From assembly GCA_965153285.1 (NCBI GenBank), contig OZ229115.1: a DNA stretch of 64,000 bases, one strand, 5' to 3'. The position numbers were made by a program, and so were the translations under genes. This document shows, in pieces, positions 39,442 to 51,694 of the stretch. This DNA comes from Podarcis tiliguerta. Taxonomy: Eukaryota. The notes beneath the pieces were generated by a model. That model did not search any database, had not been told where the DNA came from, and worked only from the letters and a program-made list of their open reading frames with translations. The stretch's first letter is position 1. Each line of letters starts with the position of its first letter.

Positions 39442-40031
39442 AAGAATTTTATAGTACAGGATTTTGCCTTGGTTTGAAAATACTATTCTTTTGTCAGATG
39501 TGTATTATGTGTAAAACCTGTAATATTGCACAATACATTAAATAACTACACCCCCCCAGCTTTATTCAAATTTAGCACATTTGTCCTTCATTGGCTGTCA
39601 GTGGAGGCAGAAGGAAGAGAATAATGTAAATGTTTGTCTATTGATCCATATATTGCATTTTCAACAAGCTAAAAAGCTACTCATTTTCCATTGGTGTAAA
39701 AAATGCATTGATAATGCAAAAGATACCCCCTGTGAGAAGCCGTTTGCTGGTGAAAAGATACAACAATAGTGGCAGCTCAGGAAAGCCCACTTATGTTTCT
39801 TCTGCATGTTTTCTGCTGCCTCCATATTTTTTATTTTCTTCATTGAACTCAAATTTAAATAACTGTCTGAAAAAAATTTATTTTTATTTTACAATTTTTG
39901 TGGTTACTAATGTGCACTCCCTGACATGTAGCATTATTATAATATAGGCTGAGAAGTATGGCTCTCATTACAAAGTATGTAATTCTCTTTTTTTTTTACA
40001 CAGTGTAATGTTTGGGGAGGGGAACGGAATT

Positions 40032-40080
40032 AGATACAGATACAGATACAGATACAGATACAGATACAGATACAGATACA
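40032..40080 (+). repeat. (AGATAC)n hexanucleotide microsatellite
   Basis: About 8 perfect units. Confidence 0.95.
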
Positions 40081-40470
40081 AATAGTGCTACTCATGGTTG
40101 TCCTTGTGGGAGGTATTTGGGAACAGAGGAGTGGAGAACTTATAGCCATCCATCTGCGCTTAGACTCCAGATCCCATCAGCCCCAACCAACATAGCCAAT
40201 GGGCAGGGTTGATGGGAATTGTAGTGTGGGAGGCCATTCCTGTCATAGAGACCATCAGCAAGAGGAAAAGTTGCTGACACCATCGAACCGACATCTAAGA
40301 CACTCCCTCCAGTGACTGACTATGAGAGCTGCTCTATATTCTGTCAGGCTCTAGCTGTTGTAGCATCATTTGTAGCACTGCCTAGTTTGTTTTTGTTGGG
40401 AATGAGTGAATGAGTGAAGTCCGTATAACACTATGTGAAGTATGAGCAAAAACTTCATACAGTTTTTGCT

Positions 40471-40791
40471 TTGTTGTTGTTTAGTCGTGTCCGACTCTTT
40501 GTGACCCCATGGACCAAAGCACGCCAGGCACTCCTGTCTTCCACTGCCTCCCGCAGCCTGGCCAAACTCCCAAACTCATGCTGGTAGCTTCAAGAACACT
40601 GTCCAACCATCTCGTCCTCTGTCGTCCCCTTCTCTTTGTGCCCTCAATCTTTCCCAACATCAGGGTCTTTTCCAGGGAGTCTTCTCTTCTCATGAGGTGG
40701 CCAAAGTATTGGAGCTTCAGCTTCAGGATCCGTCCTTCCAGTGAGCACTCAGGGCTGATTTCCTTAAGAATGGATAGGTTTGATCTTCTTG
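40471..40791 (-). mobile_element. RTE-BovB 3' fragment
   Basis: The minus strand encodes RRSNLSILKEISPECSLEGRILKLKLQYFGHLMRREDSLEKTLMLGKIEGTKRRGRQRTRWLDSV, the BovB C-terminus, with a (CAA)n tail. Confidence 0.93.
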
Positions 40792-40842
40792 TAGCAACTA
40801 CCAACAGCCGGATGGCATGGTTGAAAGATAGGGTGTGACATC

Positions 40843-40873
<31 letters not shown>

Positions 40874-41799
40874 CAGGCCTTTACGGATATGGTAATGTTC
40901 AGTAACCTGTCTTTCACAGTGTAGGGGGAGGGGAAACTTCCTGCAGTGTTATTAGAACACTGATTGTAATGTTGTTTTAATTAAAAAGTGCACAACAGGA
41001 AGGTGTACATCAGTCAAGGAAAGCATTTATGGCAAGAATAACACAAACTGCATAGAAAGTAAAAAACAATGAAATAATCTGTGTGAACAGCAAGCATCCC
41101 GCCCAACCTTGTCTGCGCCCTATGGTGCTTCTTTTGCAAGAAAACGTTGTGCTCGCTAATAGAATCAAAGGTAGAATAGAATGGGTATAGATAAGGGTCT
41201 AAACTCTAAAGGATCTAAAGAAGAGAATGAGGTTGACCAGGACGATCAACTTACCACGTGTGCTCCTATTGCAATAGAAATACCAGATTTAAGAAGCTGC
41301 AGAATCGGCAGGGCACTCGCTTTTACTTTCACCTGTCTGAAGTTCTCCTTTAATAATTTTTAAAGCTATGTAGCCTTTTCAACTTACCTCTGCCAGATTT
41401 TATTTCGTTCTGTATTGCTGTATACTGCCCCAATGTTTTATGAGAGAGCAGTATTTAAATACGTAGATAAATAGATAATTTAAGAAGCAGTGGTATTAGC
41501 ACCTTCTTCCTAAACAGTTCATAGTGACTATTTAACTCTCATTTTTGTTTAGGGCTCAGGTGCGATTTCACCATAAAGCAACAGTGAGCGTGATCTTACC
41601 TTGCTGCTCTTGCTTTCCACAATAGCAGTGATTGCCACTTCCCAGGAGGCTCTTAAACTTTTATAGAAAGTAAGATTGAGCAAAACTCTACCTATTTATT
41701 TGCTTTTGCTTCCCCCCATCCCTTGCGGGTTTAAAAAATGTTTTAATTTGCTGTCTATTGACTGTAGAGCCTTTGGATGACGATCTTTATTTTTACATT

Positions 41800-42551
41800 C
41801 TGCTAATAATATGGTCGATTCTATCCTTGCCTTTGTTTGGAGATCATGAGCTGGAGGCTCTTGGTGTGTGCACAAGATCTCTTCTGAAGCAGTCCGACTG
41901 ATAAAGTGCCGTGGCACCCTTTATGTATAGAATAAGGAAGGACAAACTTGCATCCACTTGTCAAAATAAGTTGAACCAATAAGCATGTTGTAGGTGGAGC
42001 AACTGCCGTGTGGGCTGTGAGCAAATAATTCTGAATGAAAACCGTTCAAAATAAAACATGCTGGATTTCAAACAGCCATCCTGTAACAAACAGGAAAATA
42101 ATCTGTGTCATTTTTCAGAGATGGGAGGAGGGAGGCAAAGTTTGTGTTGATCAGGTATTTTAAACCTAACATAATGTGGGAAAGGGCTGATGGGGAGTCC
42201 TTATGCATTTTTCATGAGCTGGTATATGCAGCTGAATGAATTCAGCGAGTGTCACACCATGTAGCTTGCAGACAAACCACATCCACAAGGAGGCTACTGA
42301 CACAGAAAGCACTCTGGCGCATTTTCAGAGGGAAAGCCAGGACTGATCAAGCTCTCTTCTGAAGGGATTGACTTATCTGTTCTTCGATTATGCTGCTGTT
42401 GCTTTAGGCAGCCTTTTCATTCAGACCTCAGCTGGCTGAATGACTGGCACGGAGGTTCTCGATTTATCAGCATTTGAATCTGCAGCAATGTCTCTGGGCT
42501 GTGCTATTGTTGTGTTTTCTGAATGGTGAAAGCTAGCACAACATCCAAGCT
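41800..42551 (+). promoter_or_regulatory. PDE4B: Probable PDE4B3 promoter and 5' UTR
   Basis: Transposon-free stretch directly upstream of an alternative first coding exon, with CCAAT near 41976. The TSS cannot be determined from sequence alone. Confidence 0.5.
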
Positions 42552-42787
42552 ATGACAGCAAAAGATTCTTCTAAGGAACTTGCTGCTCCAGAGACGGAGA
42601 TTTACATAAAGACTTTCAAAGAACAAATGCATTTGGAACTCGAGCTTCCCAGAGTGCCGGGGAACAGACCCACCTCTCCAAAAATCTCCCCCCGCAGCTC
42701 TCCAAGGAACTCTCCATGCTTTTTCAGAAAGTTGCTGGTGAATAAAAGCATCCGCCAACGGCGACGTTTTACAGTGGCACATACGTG
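42552..42787 (+). CDS. PDE4B: PDE4B3 alternative first coding exon (MTAKDSSKELAAPETEIYIKTFKEQMHLELELPRVPGNRPTSPKISPRSSPRNSPCFFRKLLVNKSIRQRRRFTVAHT + TG)
   Basis: ORF 42552 matches the PDE4B3 unique N-terminus. Donor TG|GTAAGG at 42788 is phase 2, the same phase as the PDE4B1 exon, as required for splicing to the shared FDVENG exon. Confidence 0.96.
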
Positions 42788-45700
42788 GTAAGGCTACCTT
42801 GATATTAATATCTATTTAAAAGGGTGTTTGTGGCTTTGCATTCTACACTTTTTTTTTAAAAAAAAAGAAAGCCTGTTATCTGTTTACAGTACCTGCTGCA
42901 GTAGTCAAATTATGTATATTTACATTATTTCTGCAACTGCCCTTCACGTCATGTTTTTCAAAGCAAAGAATATGTTGCTCATGAGGATTCTAGTTAAGCT
43001 TTGCTAAATGTGACTTTCAGAATATATCTTTTCCAAGCAGTCTGCCCCAGTGTTGAGAATCTTATCCTGCAATGGATTGTTTTTGGAACCTTACGCTCCA
43101 ATGTGATGTGCTAGAATTTTGACATGACTGTCATTTGACTGTAGGACAAAAATCTCCCTCTCACAAAGCATCTTCAAGAAAGGTCTAGCTGGCAGCCAGG
43201 TTTCTTAAACTGACAGTTTTTGGTTTTTCAGCCCTTTGTGTGGTGATGTAGCTGACGCTCTGATCTGGAATTTGTTATCACAGAAAATAAGTAGGAAATT
43301 GTTCTATTGATCATGCTTTAGAAAATAATAAAGGATTAGAAACCTGATTAGATTTGATTAATCTGTGCTGTGGCTTTTCTTCTCCTGACATGAACTCTGG
43401 ATATGTTTCATGGATATGCACCTAGTTCCCGCATTTTTAGGTATATGTTTGATTAACATTCCCAAATATGTTGTAACTTGATTGTGTGGTTTTTTAAAAA
43501 TAAAAAAACCCTTTCTCATGTTTATAAACATATTTGTTGATACCTAATTTATAAACTAAGGCGGGATGAAGGGTAGGTGGTCACAAAAAATTGTATGTAC
43601 TATATAAGTATGTATACATATATGAAATATACCTTTTCCCTTTGATAATTTCATCTACTTACAGTGCAGGGGGGGGAATCATTTAAAATAGTTTATATTT
43701 GTATTAGGAAAATGCTTACTGATGCATTAAAACAATAACTTTCTAAAAAGGAGCTTTCCTTCTCTTTTTGGCATTTGTTTATAGCAAACGAACAGCTGTA
43801 GCAGCTGTTTTGAATATTGACCAATACAAGTACATTGAGAGAAGGAAGCCTGATGCCACATGACCACAGATTGAAGCCAATATATTCATAATAGACTCTA
43901 CCATAGGGAAAAGCAATGGGAGTAAATTTCAGGCAGCATGTTATTATAAATCAAATTATCTTGGAATGTATCCTTCTTTGGGGCTTACCATACCAAAAAG
44001 AAATGTCATAGAATTCAATTTTCTCATGGTTCGAAATTAACTGCACGAGTCAGTTCTGTATAGTTCACTGTCCTAATATCTTAGCTATCCGTTTGCCAGT
44101 GCTGCAATTGGAGTATGGTTTGTTTCACTTGGTCTGAAGACACTATCCGGCTTAGAGACAGTGCAAATGGGTTATTGGAAGGATGATGAGAAAGAGGTCA
44201 GTCAAATACGTCAGCAGATATATGGGCAGCTGGGCATTTAATAGCACTGTAGATAGATTCTGGGAAAAGATTTCCACTTGTTTTCTTTTCAGATTGTTAA
44301 ACAGCGACAGATAAAAATAAAGATGGTACGCTGTTCATCTCTTTGTATCTGGCAGAAGTAGCAGAGCACTTGGTAGTGTTCCTTATTTTTATTACATCTG
44401 ATATATGTTGGCCACAAAGAAGGCACAGTTGCATTGTAATGTCAATGGGAAACAACACTACTTGACCAGTATTGTTGGAATCCCAGGTGACAGCTGTGCC
44501 AGGAGCACTTTTGATTGGTTCCTGCTGATTCACTGGCTATGCCTGGTGCTGGAAAATAGAGACCAGGCTGCTGTCATTAAAGTTTTGGTGGTTTCTAGGT
44601 GAGACGGTGGTAACACACTTCATGTGAAACTGCCCTTGAAGACAGTTCAGAAACTTTAGCTAGAGCAAAATGTGCTGACCCAGCTGTTTATCCAGTATAG
44701 ACCAAGACTCTCACAGCGCCTAATTCCTAGAGCTAGTTCTTAACTTTGAAGCCCTAAAGGCTCTAAAGTCCTGATTACCTCATCAGATGTCTCCTTCCAT
44801 ATGAGCCCATGCAGCAGTTACTCTCTGACATGCCTCTTCTGAGGATTTCATCTCATGGGGAATAGAAATGGCCTTCCTTCAGGGAGTGTGAGCTGTTCTG
44901 TGGTAAGCAGCCCTACAGAACTCTATGCAGCCCTATGGCAGTTGTGGACCTCTCTCGTCTGAAGGATTTTTGTAAAGCCCCTGTCCTGCTGTCTTTGTAC
45001 GAACAAATGCAAAGTGGGTTGCATTTTCCATTGGTCTTTTGCATTACTTACACTCGTTCCCTACCTACGAACTAATCTTCATTCAATATGGGAGGTTGTC
45101 ATGATTAAATTGTTGGGCACTGGTACCCTTGGTCCTTCAACTGCTGTGTTGTTGCAAGACCTATGAAGCCATTTCAGGTTCCTCTCCAGTTTCTGTGCTG
45201 CAGCCTCCTAAGCAGAAGAACCTCAATAAAGGTGAAATACTTGCCTTTCTGCTGTTGCTGTGATCCCCCATGCACAACCCTTTTTCTGTCCATATCCTTT
45301 GTGGGATCCAAGCAGAGCAGCTTATGTATACAGGCTAACAGAGGGCCAAACATCTGGACACTTTCCGGCTGTGGCAAGCCTTCTATGGAAGCTCCATATC
45401 TGGTATAAAGTTCTATGATTGGGACAGCCATGGTATAGTTCAAGAGACTTGGTGCAGGTACTGGTTGTGTGCAGTGAGGCTTATGTGCACTGCCCTTTAC
45501 ACATGGGCCAGGGTAGGAAGCTGTGTTGAACCTAGTATTTAATGATATGAGTTACTTTTCTTGTTCTTAAAATGTGGTCCTAACCTACTCGATAAATAGA
45601 TTTGTTAATAAACTTATTTCTTATTCTGGACTGCCCAACTGTTTCCTGCTGCTTCTTTTGGCTACTTAAAGGATTTTGGTTATAGTTGATGGCATATTTT

Positions 45701-48700
45701 AATGTTGCATAAGCTGTAGCACTGCAATAGCTTTCACAGAAACATTTCCATTAACCTCCTGATAATTACTCAGGAGTGTGCTTATGCAGGTTTGCAGCTG
45801 CTTTATAAAGAGATGGCAGTAACTTTAAACACTTAAATGTCTTTTTTGTTTTACATGTGTTTATATTGTGAGAGGAGAATGTAAACATGTGTAAATCGTG
45901 TACTTGCAAATTACATTATCCTTGTCCCTGCTTTCAGAGGCAGACATTTGGAACATAACATAATATCTTTTAAAATGGACAAATGCTGTGCTTTTGTCTT
46001 TCATTTTGGATGGGTCTGAGTGTCTTGCTTGATGGTTAATTAGTACGGTTGCTGTATTTTGATAGTATTAGCATTTGTTGCAAGCATAGTGAACGCTGAA
46101 TTTGTATGTACACAAATGATGACATTTATCAATCTGCCAAACAATCTGAAGTACTACTTGTATTTGCATTACTTGTATTCTACCTACTCACCCACTAGAA
46201 CAAATGGTTTGGAAGTTGTTTTGTGAAGCTTGTAGAATCACAAGAATCCAGATTTTTACATTAAATTTCAGCCTCATGGCTGCATCAGCCTCTAACATGG
46301 CTTTCAGTGTTTTATTTTTACGATGTCTTTCAGCTCTAATGATCTGAGGACAGCTAACAAAGTACTGTATAAGAGCAGAAAAGTTTTAATATAAAGTATT
46401 AAAACAATAAATTCAAGTAATCACAACAATAGTGGCAGAAACAGTGGAAGCAAAACATTAAAAATTATAGCAGTAAAATAAAATAAAACCAGATTCAAGT
46501 CCCCAAGGTTTTAAAAGCTCTGGCAAAATAAGGTTTTAAAATACATGAGGTGAGCTTCCCTGGGGAAGACATCCAACAGATGTCACAGTCAAGAAGAGCC
46601 TCTGCTTGATGATAGCCATTGTGATCTTAAAGGATCTCCTTTGAATAGAACCTTAAAATACAGCAGGTTCCTTTGGGAGAAAGTGATCCACTAAGCGACA
46701 CATACTGATGTTGCCAAAGTTCGTCATTCCCTGGCTCAGACTACAGATTTGCCCAGCCCATAATGCTTGAACGTATTGCAAAACAAATCCACTTTCCTGA
46801 GAAGTTTTTCTTTGCACAGAACCAGGATCTCCACACTAACTAAAGGGAAGCCAAGTGAAGGTGTGAACTCTTGTGAGCCAGGTTCCACTTGCACTCTCAG
46901 AAACAGCCCATCCTGCCAATAGTACATCCAACTAAAAAGCAATAGATAATACTGAGTCATCCCAGGCTTTGTCATGTAACACCTCAACAGACAGAAGAAC
47001 ATCAGATGAAATGATCTGCCAAGAGTCGCTTGTCATTCATTGGAATGTTGGTTGCCTTTAACAGAATAACCGTCATGTTGCTGGTTGTGTAAGATTTCCC
47101 CCCTCCAAGGTTCCCCCATGTGCCATTTTTTATTAACAATGTACAAATTACTTATATTGATATGCAGTGGACTCATGGCGATGCATTTATTATTTGAACC
47201 CCCTTTTTCTTTTTCTCTTTTTTTGAAATCTGGAGGAATATATGCCAGGATGTTAGTAGTTATGGGGTATGGTTGATGTGCCAATCATATATGTGCATAT
47301 ACCCATTAAAATATAACAATATATCATTGTTTGGGCAGCTGTGAGAATACAGTGCGAGGAGGATGAATACCGTTGTAGATCTGTACACTTATTCCACAAA
47401 GCATCAAAATCCTTTAAGTTAGGCTGTGTTCCTTCTGCTGCTCAAATTTATATCCAGGTGTGCTGCAACAATAATTGCTTTGCTTTACTTTATTGCTTGC
47501 TGTCGTGAGTTTTATGGCAAGACAAAGTGGTCATTTTGTGTGGGTCAAAAAAAAACCAAAAAACAAACTACTGGTGCTGCTAGAACAGTGTTTCTCCAGC
47601 TTTTTTCTCTGGACAACACTTTCAGAATAAACATTTGCTCACCCCACACCTATTCTTTTTATTGATGAGAAATTCATTGGAAAACAAAAAGAAGCAACTC
47701 TTGGCAGTGCTTGATTTATAACACAGAACACAAGTACTTTATAATACGATCGTGGGTCATCCAGAAAGTATGAAACGATGCAGCTACATAAGAGCTGGAA
47801 TCATTCCCAAAATATAGTAATAAATGACTCTTCCATATATATACCTTAAATATGTATACAAGCTCAATGAGTGTTGTGAGCTTGCTTTTGCCAGGTAATC
47901 TCATATATATTAGGTCTAATTTGAGACAAACTCTCATCTCCTCTCATCTACACAAATAAGCCTTTCTGTTTTCTGAACTTTCATATTTGTAAGAGTTGAC
48001 AGAGTTGCTTGGGCCTGTTGCTGGTCTCAAATTGAATGTGTGTTCTCCAGCATTCTGTTCTAACAGCATTTTCTGGATCGCAACTAGGACTGTCCTCAGT
48101 ATCACATGAAGCTCTTGCTCTCATCTTGAAAATTTATCTATCCAAATTCTGCAAATAATAACAACAATAATAAATTGATACTACACCACACCACACCACT
48201 ACACTACACTACACTGAGATGTTTAAATGTTTCTTTGATTGTCCATGAATATTCCCACCACACATGCCATCCTCTCCTGTCACACCAGTGTGGCACATCA
48301 CACCCTTTGGAAACCACTGCTAGAAGCTAGTTTGAACATTTCACTAGTAGAGCTTAAATCGTTTGTGGACCTGGTTTGACCAGGGACCATGAATGCATTC
48401 AGAGTGGGCAATGACAATTCCACATCTCTGAAAACTGATCATCTGTGCAAAGCTGCTGAGAAAAGATACTTCCAGACGGGTTGTTTTATCTTTATTCCCT
48501 ACCCACCACAGTAAAGTACAGTCTTCATTCAGAACTTCATGCTGCTTAGTTCTGAAGAGCAATAGTCTAAGTCAAATTACAAACAGCCTATATGCTCTCA
48601 TTAGTTGTTTATGCTCAAAGTATTTAAGAAATTAGTAGGTTTAATGAAATATGGTTAGTCTTACGTTTTTCATTAGTTTTTCATTCAGCATATGACTCCC

Positions 48701-51694
48701 ATTCAAATCCACTTGTACCTTCATTCTAATTATTCTTTTTCATGCCTGATCTCTCTTGAGACTTAAAGATGTGTTTACTAGGTCAGCTCTCTTTAACTCA
48801 GTGGGACTTATTGCTTGGTATAGATATACTTAGGATTGCAGCCTAAGGCAGAATTAAGTTGGATCTCCTGCTCAAATACCAGATCCTGTTGACATGAAGC
48901 CTATAAGGATAGTTTCTTTGCAAAGGGACAAGGATAGTAGTATCCTGTTGGTTTTGGAAGCTGTGCTATACGATTTGTTTGCCTACCTATGACAGTTATT
49001 CCAGTTAAAACGTCTAAAGAGTTTTCTCCACTATTCTTCTGCTGTCACTGAGCATGACTGGAGCTGAACACTGAAAATATGAGCATTTTTCTGAACGTTA
49101 TGCCTTCCTGCTTAAAAGTGTTGCACAAAAAGCGAAGCACAAAAATCGAAGCTAGCTTTGATTTACGAACTTAGGAGCAATCTCATGTTGTCAAAGCAAG
49201 GTCTGAAGGTGCCCCAGTGGTGCCCCAGTTGTGGAAGTCCATTCCCAAACAGCCTCACCTGCGCTTGCTCTGCTACCCTTTAGGAATCTGTCAGGTTAAG
49301 ACGTTTTCGTTCTCTCGGGCATTTTAATGGTTTTGTATTTTAAGTATTGGAAGTATGCTGTGTTTTAAACACCGGAAATGAAGTTTCCACTCTGCTGCTT
49401 TAATGGACATTTAATTGTTGTTGTACATTTTAATTATTTTGTTTTGTGTACCTTGCTGTTTGCTGCTGTTCTGCACTATGAAGTGTCCTGGGAGAAATAT
49501 TAGCGAAGGGTTGTCTATAAATGCCTTAAATAAAAATAAATAAATGCCTGAAATTAATAAATAATTCCAGCACCCTGTTTCCAACAGCTGAAAGGCAGAA
49601 GGGGCAGGGAAGTATCCAAACAGGGAGTGGAGGCAATGGACCTGTTTGTATTGTTTGTGTTCAGTGTTTGACATTCAGAGGCTCATGCCTCCAAACATGG
49701 GTGCTCATAAACATGGATGCTTTCGATTTTCTTATTGTGGCTGAATTTTGCATAGCTGCCTATTTATATAATTTGTCTACTGAAAGCTGTTGTATCACAG
49801 CATAATTGTAGATGCAATTAAAGGTAAGCTTAGGGCTTCAGCAAAAAGAATTCAGTTTGAAAAGTAGGTGAAGGATGTTCAGGAATAAATAGAATGTGAT
49901 AGTGCTTGTCTTGAAGAGGTCTTCAACGCCTTTTCATTCAAGTATCCTTAGAGTGCTGTTATAATATTCATTTCCTAAATTTCAAAATAAATGCTGCTAA
50001 AGTGCTGCTGATACAAAATCCATTTAATTCATCTCCAAATTACTCGCTATTTATATAAAAAAAAATTCTTTGAAATTTAATGCTTGGACCAGTACTGTCT
50101 ACAAAATGTGCATTTATAGACCATTGGGACAAGTCTCAAGGCTCCTTGACACTAGCCCTGTTCAGGCATTGTTCAGGCATGGAGAAGGAGGCTGAAGAAC
50201 CATGCTGCCAATCCTGCCTTCAGCCTCTTGTGTGTGCCCTGCAAGAAGTCAGAAGAAAATCAACTGGCACAGTCCCACTACTTTTGCAGTAGAAATGTTC
50301 TGTCCATGTTCTATGTATGGAAAATGCCTGAACAGGATTACTGCTATGAGATTCATTTTCAAACTGTGGATCTTTATCCAACCAAAATGGAACCATTTAA
50401 GCACACACACGAGGGAGTCTTGGAGCAGCAGTCTTGGAGTCCCAAGAAATAGATTTTTTTTTAAAAAAAACCCAATAAAAATACACTGAACTCCAAACAA
50501 CTTTATCTTGTTTGGTGGGCCCAAGATGCTAACTGTTTATTCGAGTTGGAAAAAAATATAGAAATGGTCAATGAATGGAGTAGCCTGAAAAGGGGCATTC
50601 CTTCCTGGAACCCTTAACAGGAGTGATCCACACTGCAATATTTTATTGCATACCCCACTTGTACTCAGCTTTATATCAACTGTGCACAATTGACAGCGAA
50701 CAGACAGATGAATCAGAAAACCATTCTGATTTCAAAACAATACAATAAAGTGATAAAATAGGACATACCACTCCTGATCTCAGGATTCCAAAACTTACAA
50801 CGGTCAGTTCTGAGTGAAGGCAGGCAAGCACCCATAGCCCAGATGGGGCTTGTTAGCTTGGGGAGGGTGTGTGTGATTCCTCAGCTGGAGAAAGCTCAGG
50901 ACAGGTGAAGCTCACATGCCTCGTCAACCCCAGCAGCTATAACAGGCCATAGCTCTCCTGATAGATTATTTGGTTTGCAGTCACAGTGTGGAAATCAAGG
51001 ATGAAATACCAAGCAATCTACTATTCAAATTAGGCCCCAGTGTTTTCATTACTCAATAATGGAGTAGTACAGAGTTCAGTTTGCTGTCACAGGAGCTAGC
51101 ATGGAATCAGGAAGCCTTGATGGCTATTTACCGTGCAGGGCTGAGTGTAACCCTGCTGGATGAGTTGGCAAGAATGGACTCACCCAGTTCCCTGGAGGTG
51201 TTGATGCACCGCCATTATCCAAGAGGCTGGGTTTATTGAAATAAAAAAGGACGGTAAGAAACTTTTCCTCGTCTTTATACTTTCCTGGGCAACCAGCCGG
51301 GAGCTGCTGACAGCATCCTGACAAAGATCTATGCTGGGAACCAACAGACTGTGTGCAGTCTATCATGGTTGCCCGAATGCATTTCACTTCCTGCTTTCTA
51401 CTGCTGTTTCCCTGATGTCCCTGAAAAGTTACTCACTAATGTTGAGGGACTCTTCAGACAGGAATCTATGAGGCCATGAAAATGCCATTGGAAGGGGAAA
51501 CAATTAAATCCCAAAGCATGCACAAAACCACAAATCATAGCATACAATTGCAATTGCATACATAGCAAACACGTTTAAAACAAACGTAATGTTTGAAAAT
51601 GTGTTCCTAATAACCCTTACATACTGCCATCCTTTAATCTTAACTCCTTGAAATGAACTTTACGTTGCCTTACAAGATGGATAGGGAACATTTT

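Noticed and set aside
40012-40212. ORF with a DTDTDT repeat
   Set aside because: It is a translation of the (AGATAC)n microsatellite.
50820-50960. Possible second RTE 5'-UTR remnant (CAGATGGGGCTTGTTAGCTTGGGGAGGG)
   Set aside because: Too short and degraded to assign, and no ribozyme fold is recoverable.
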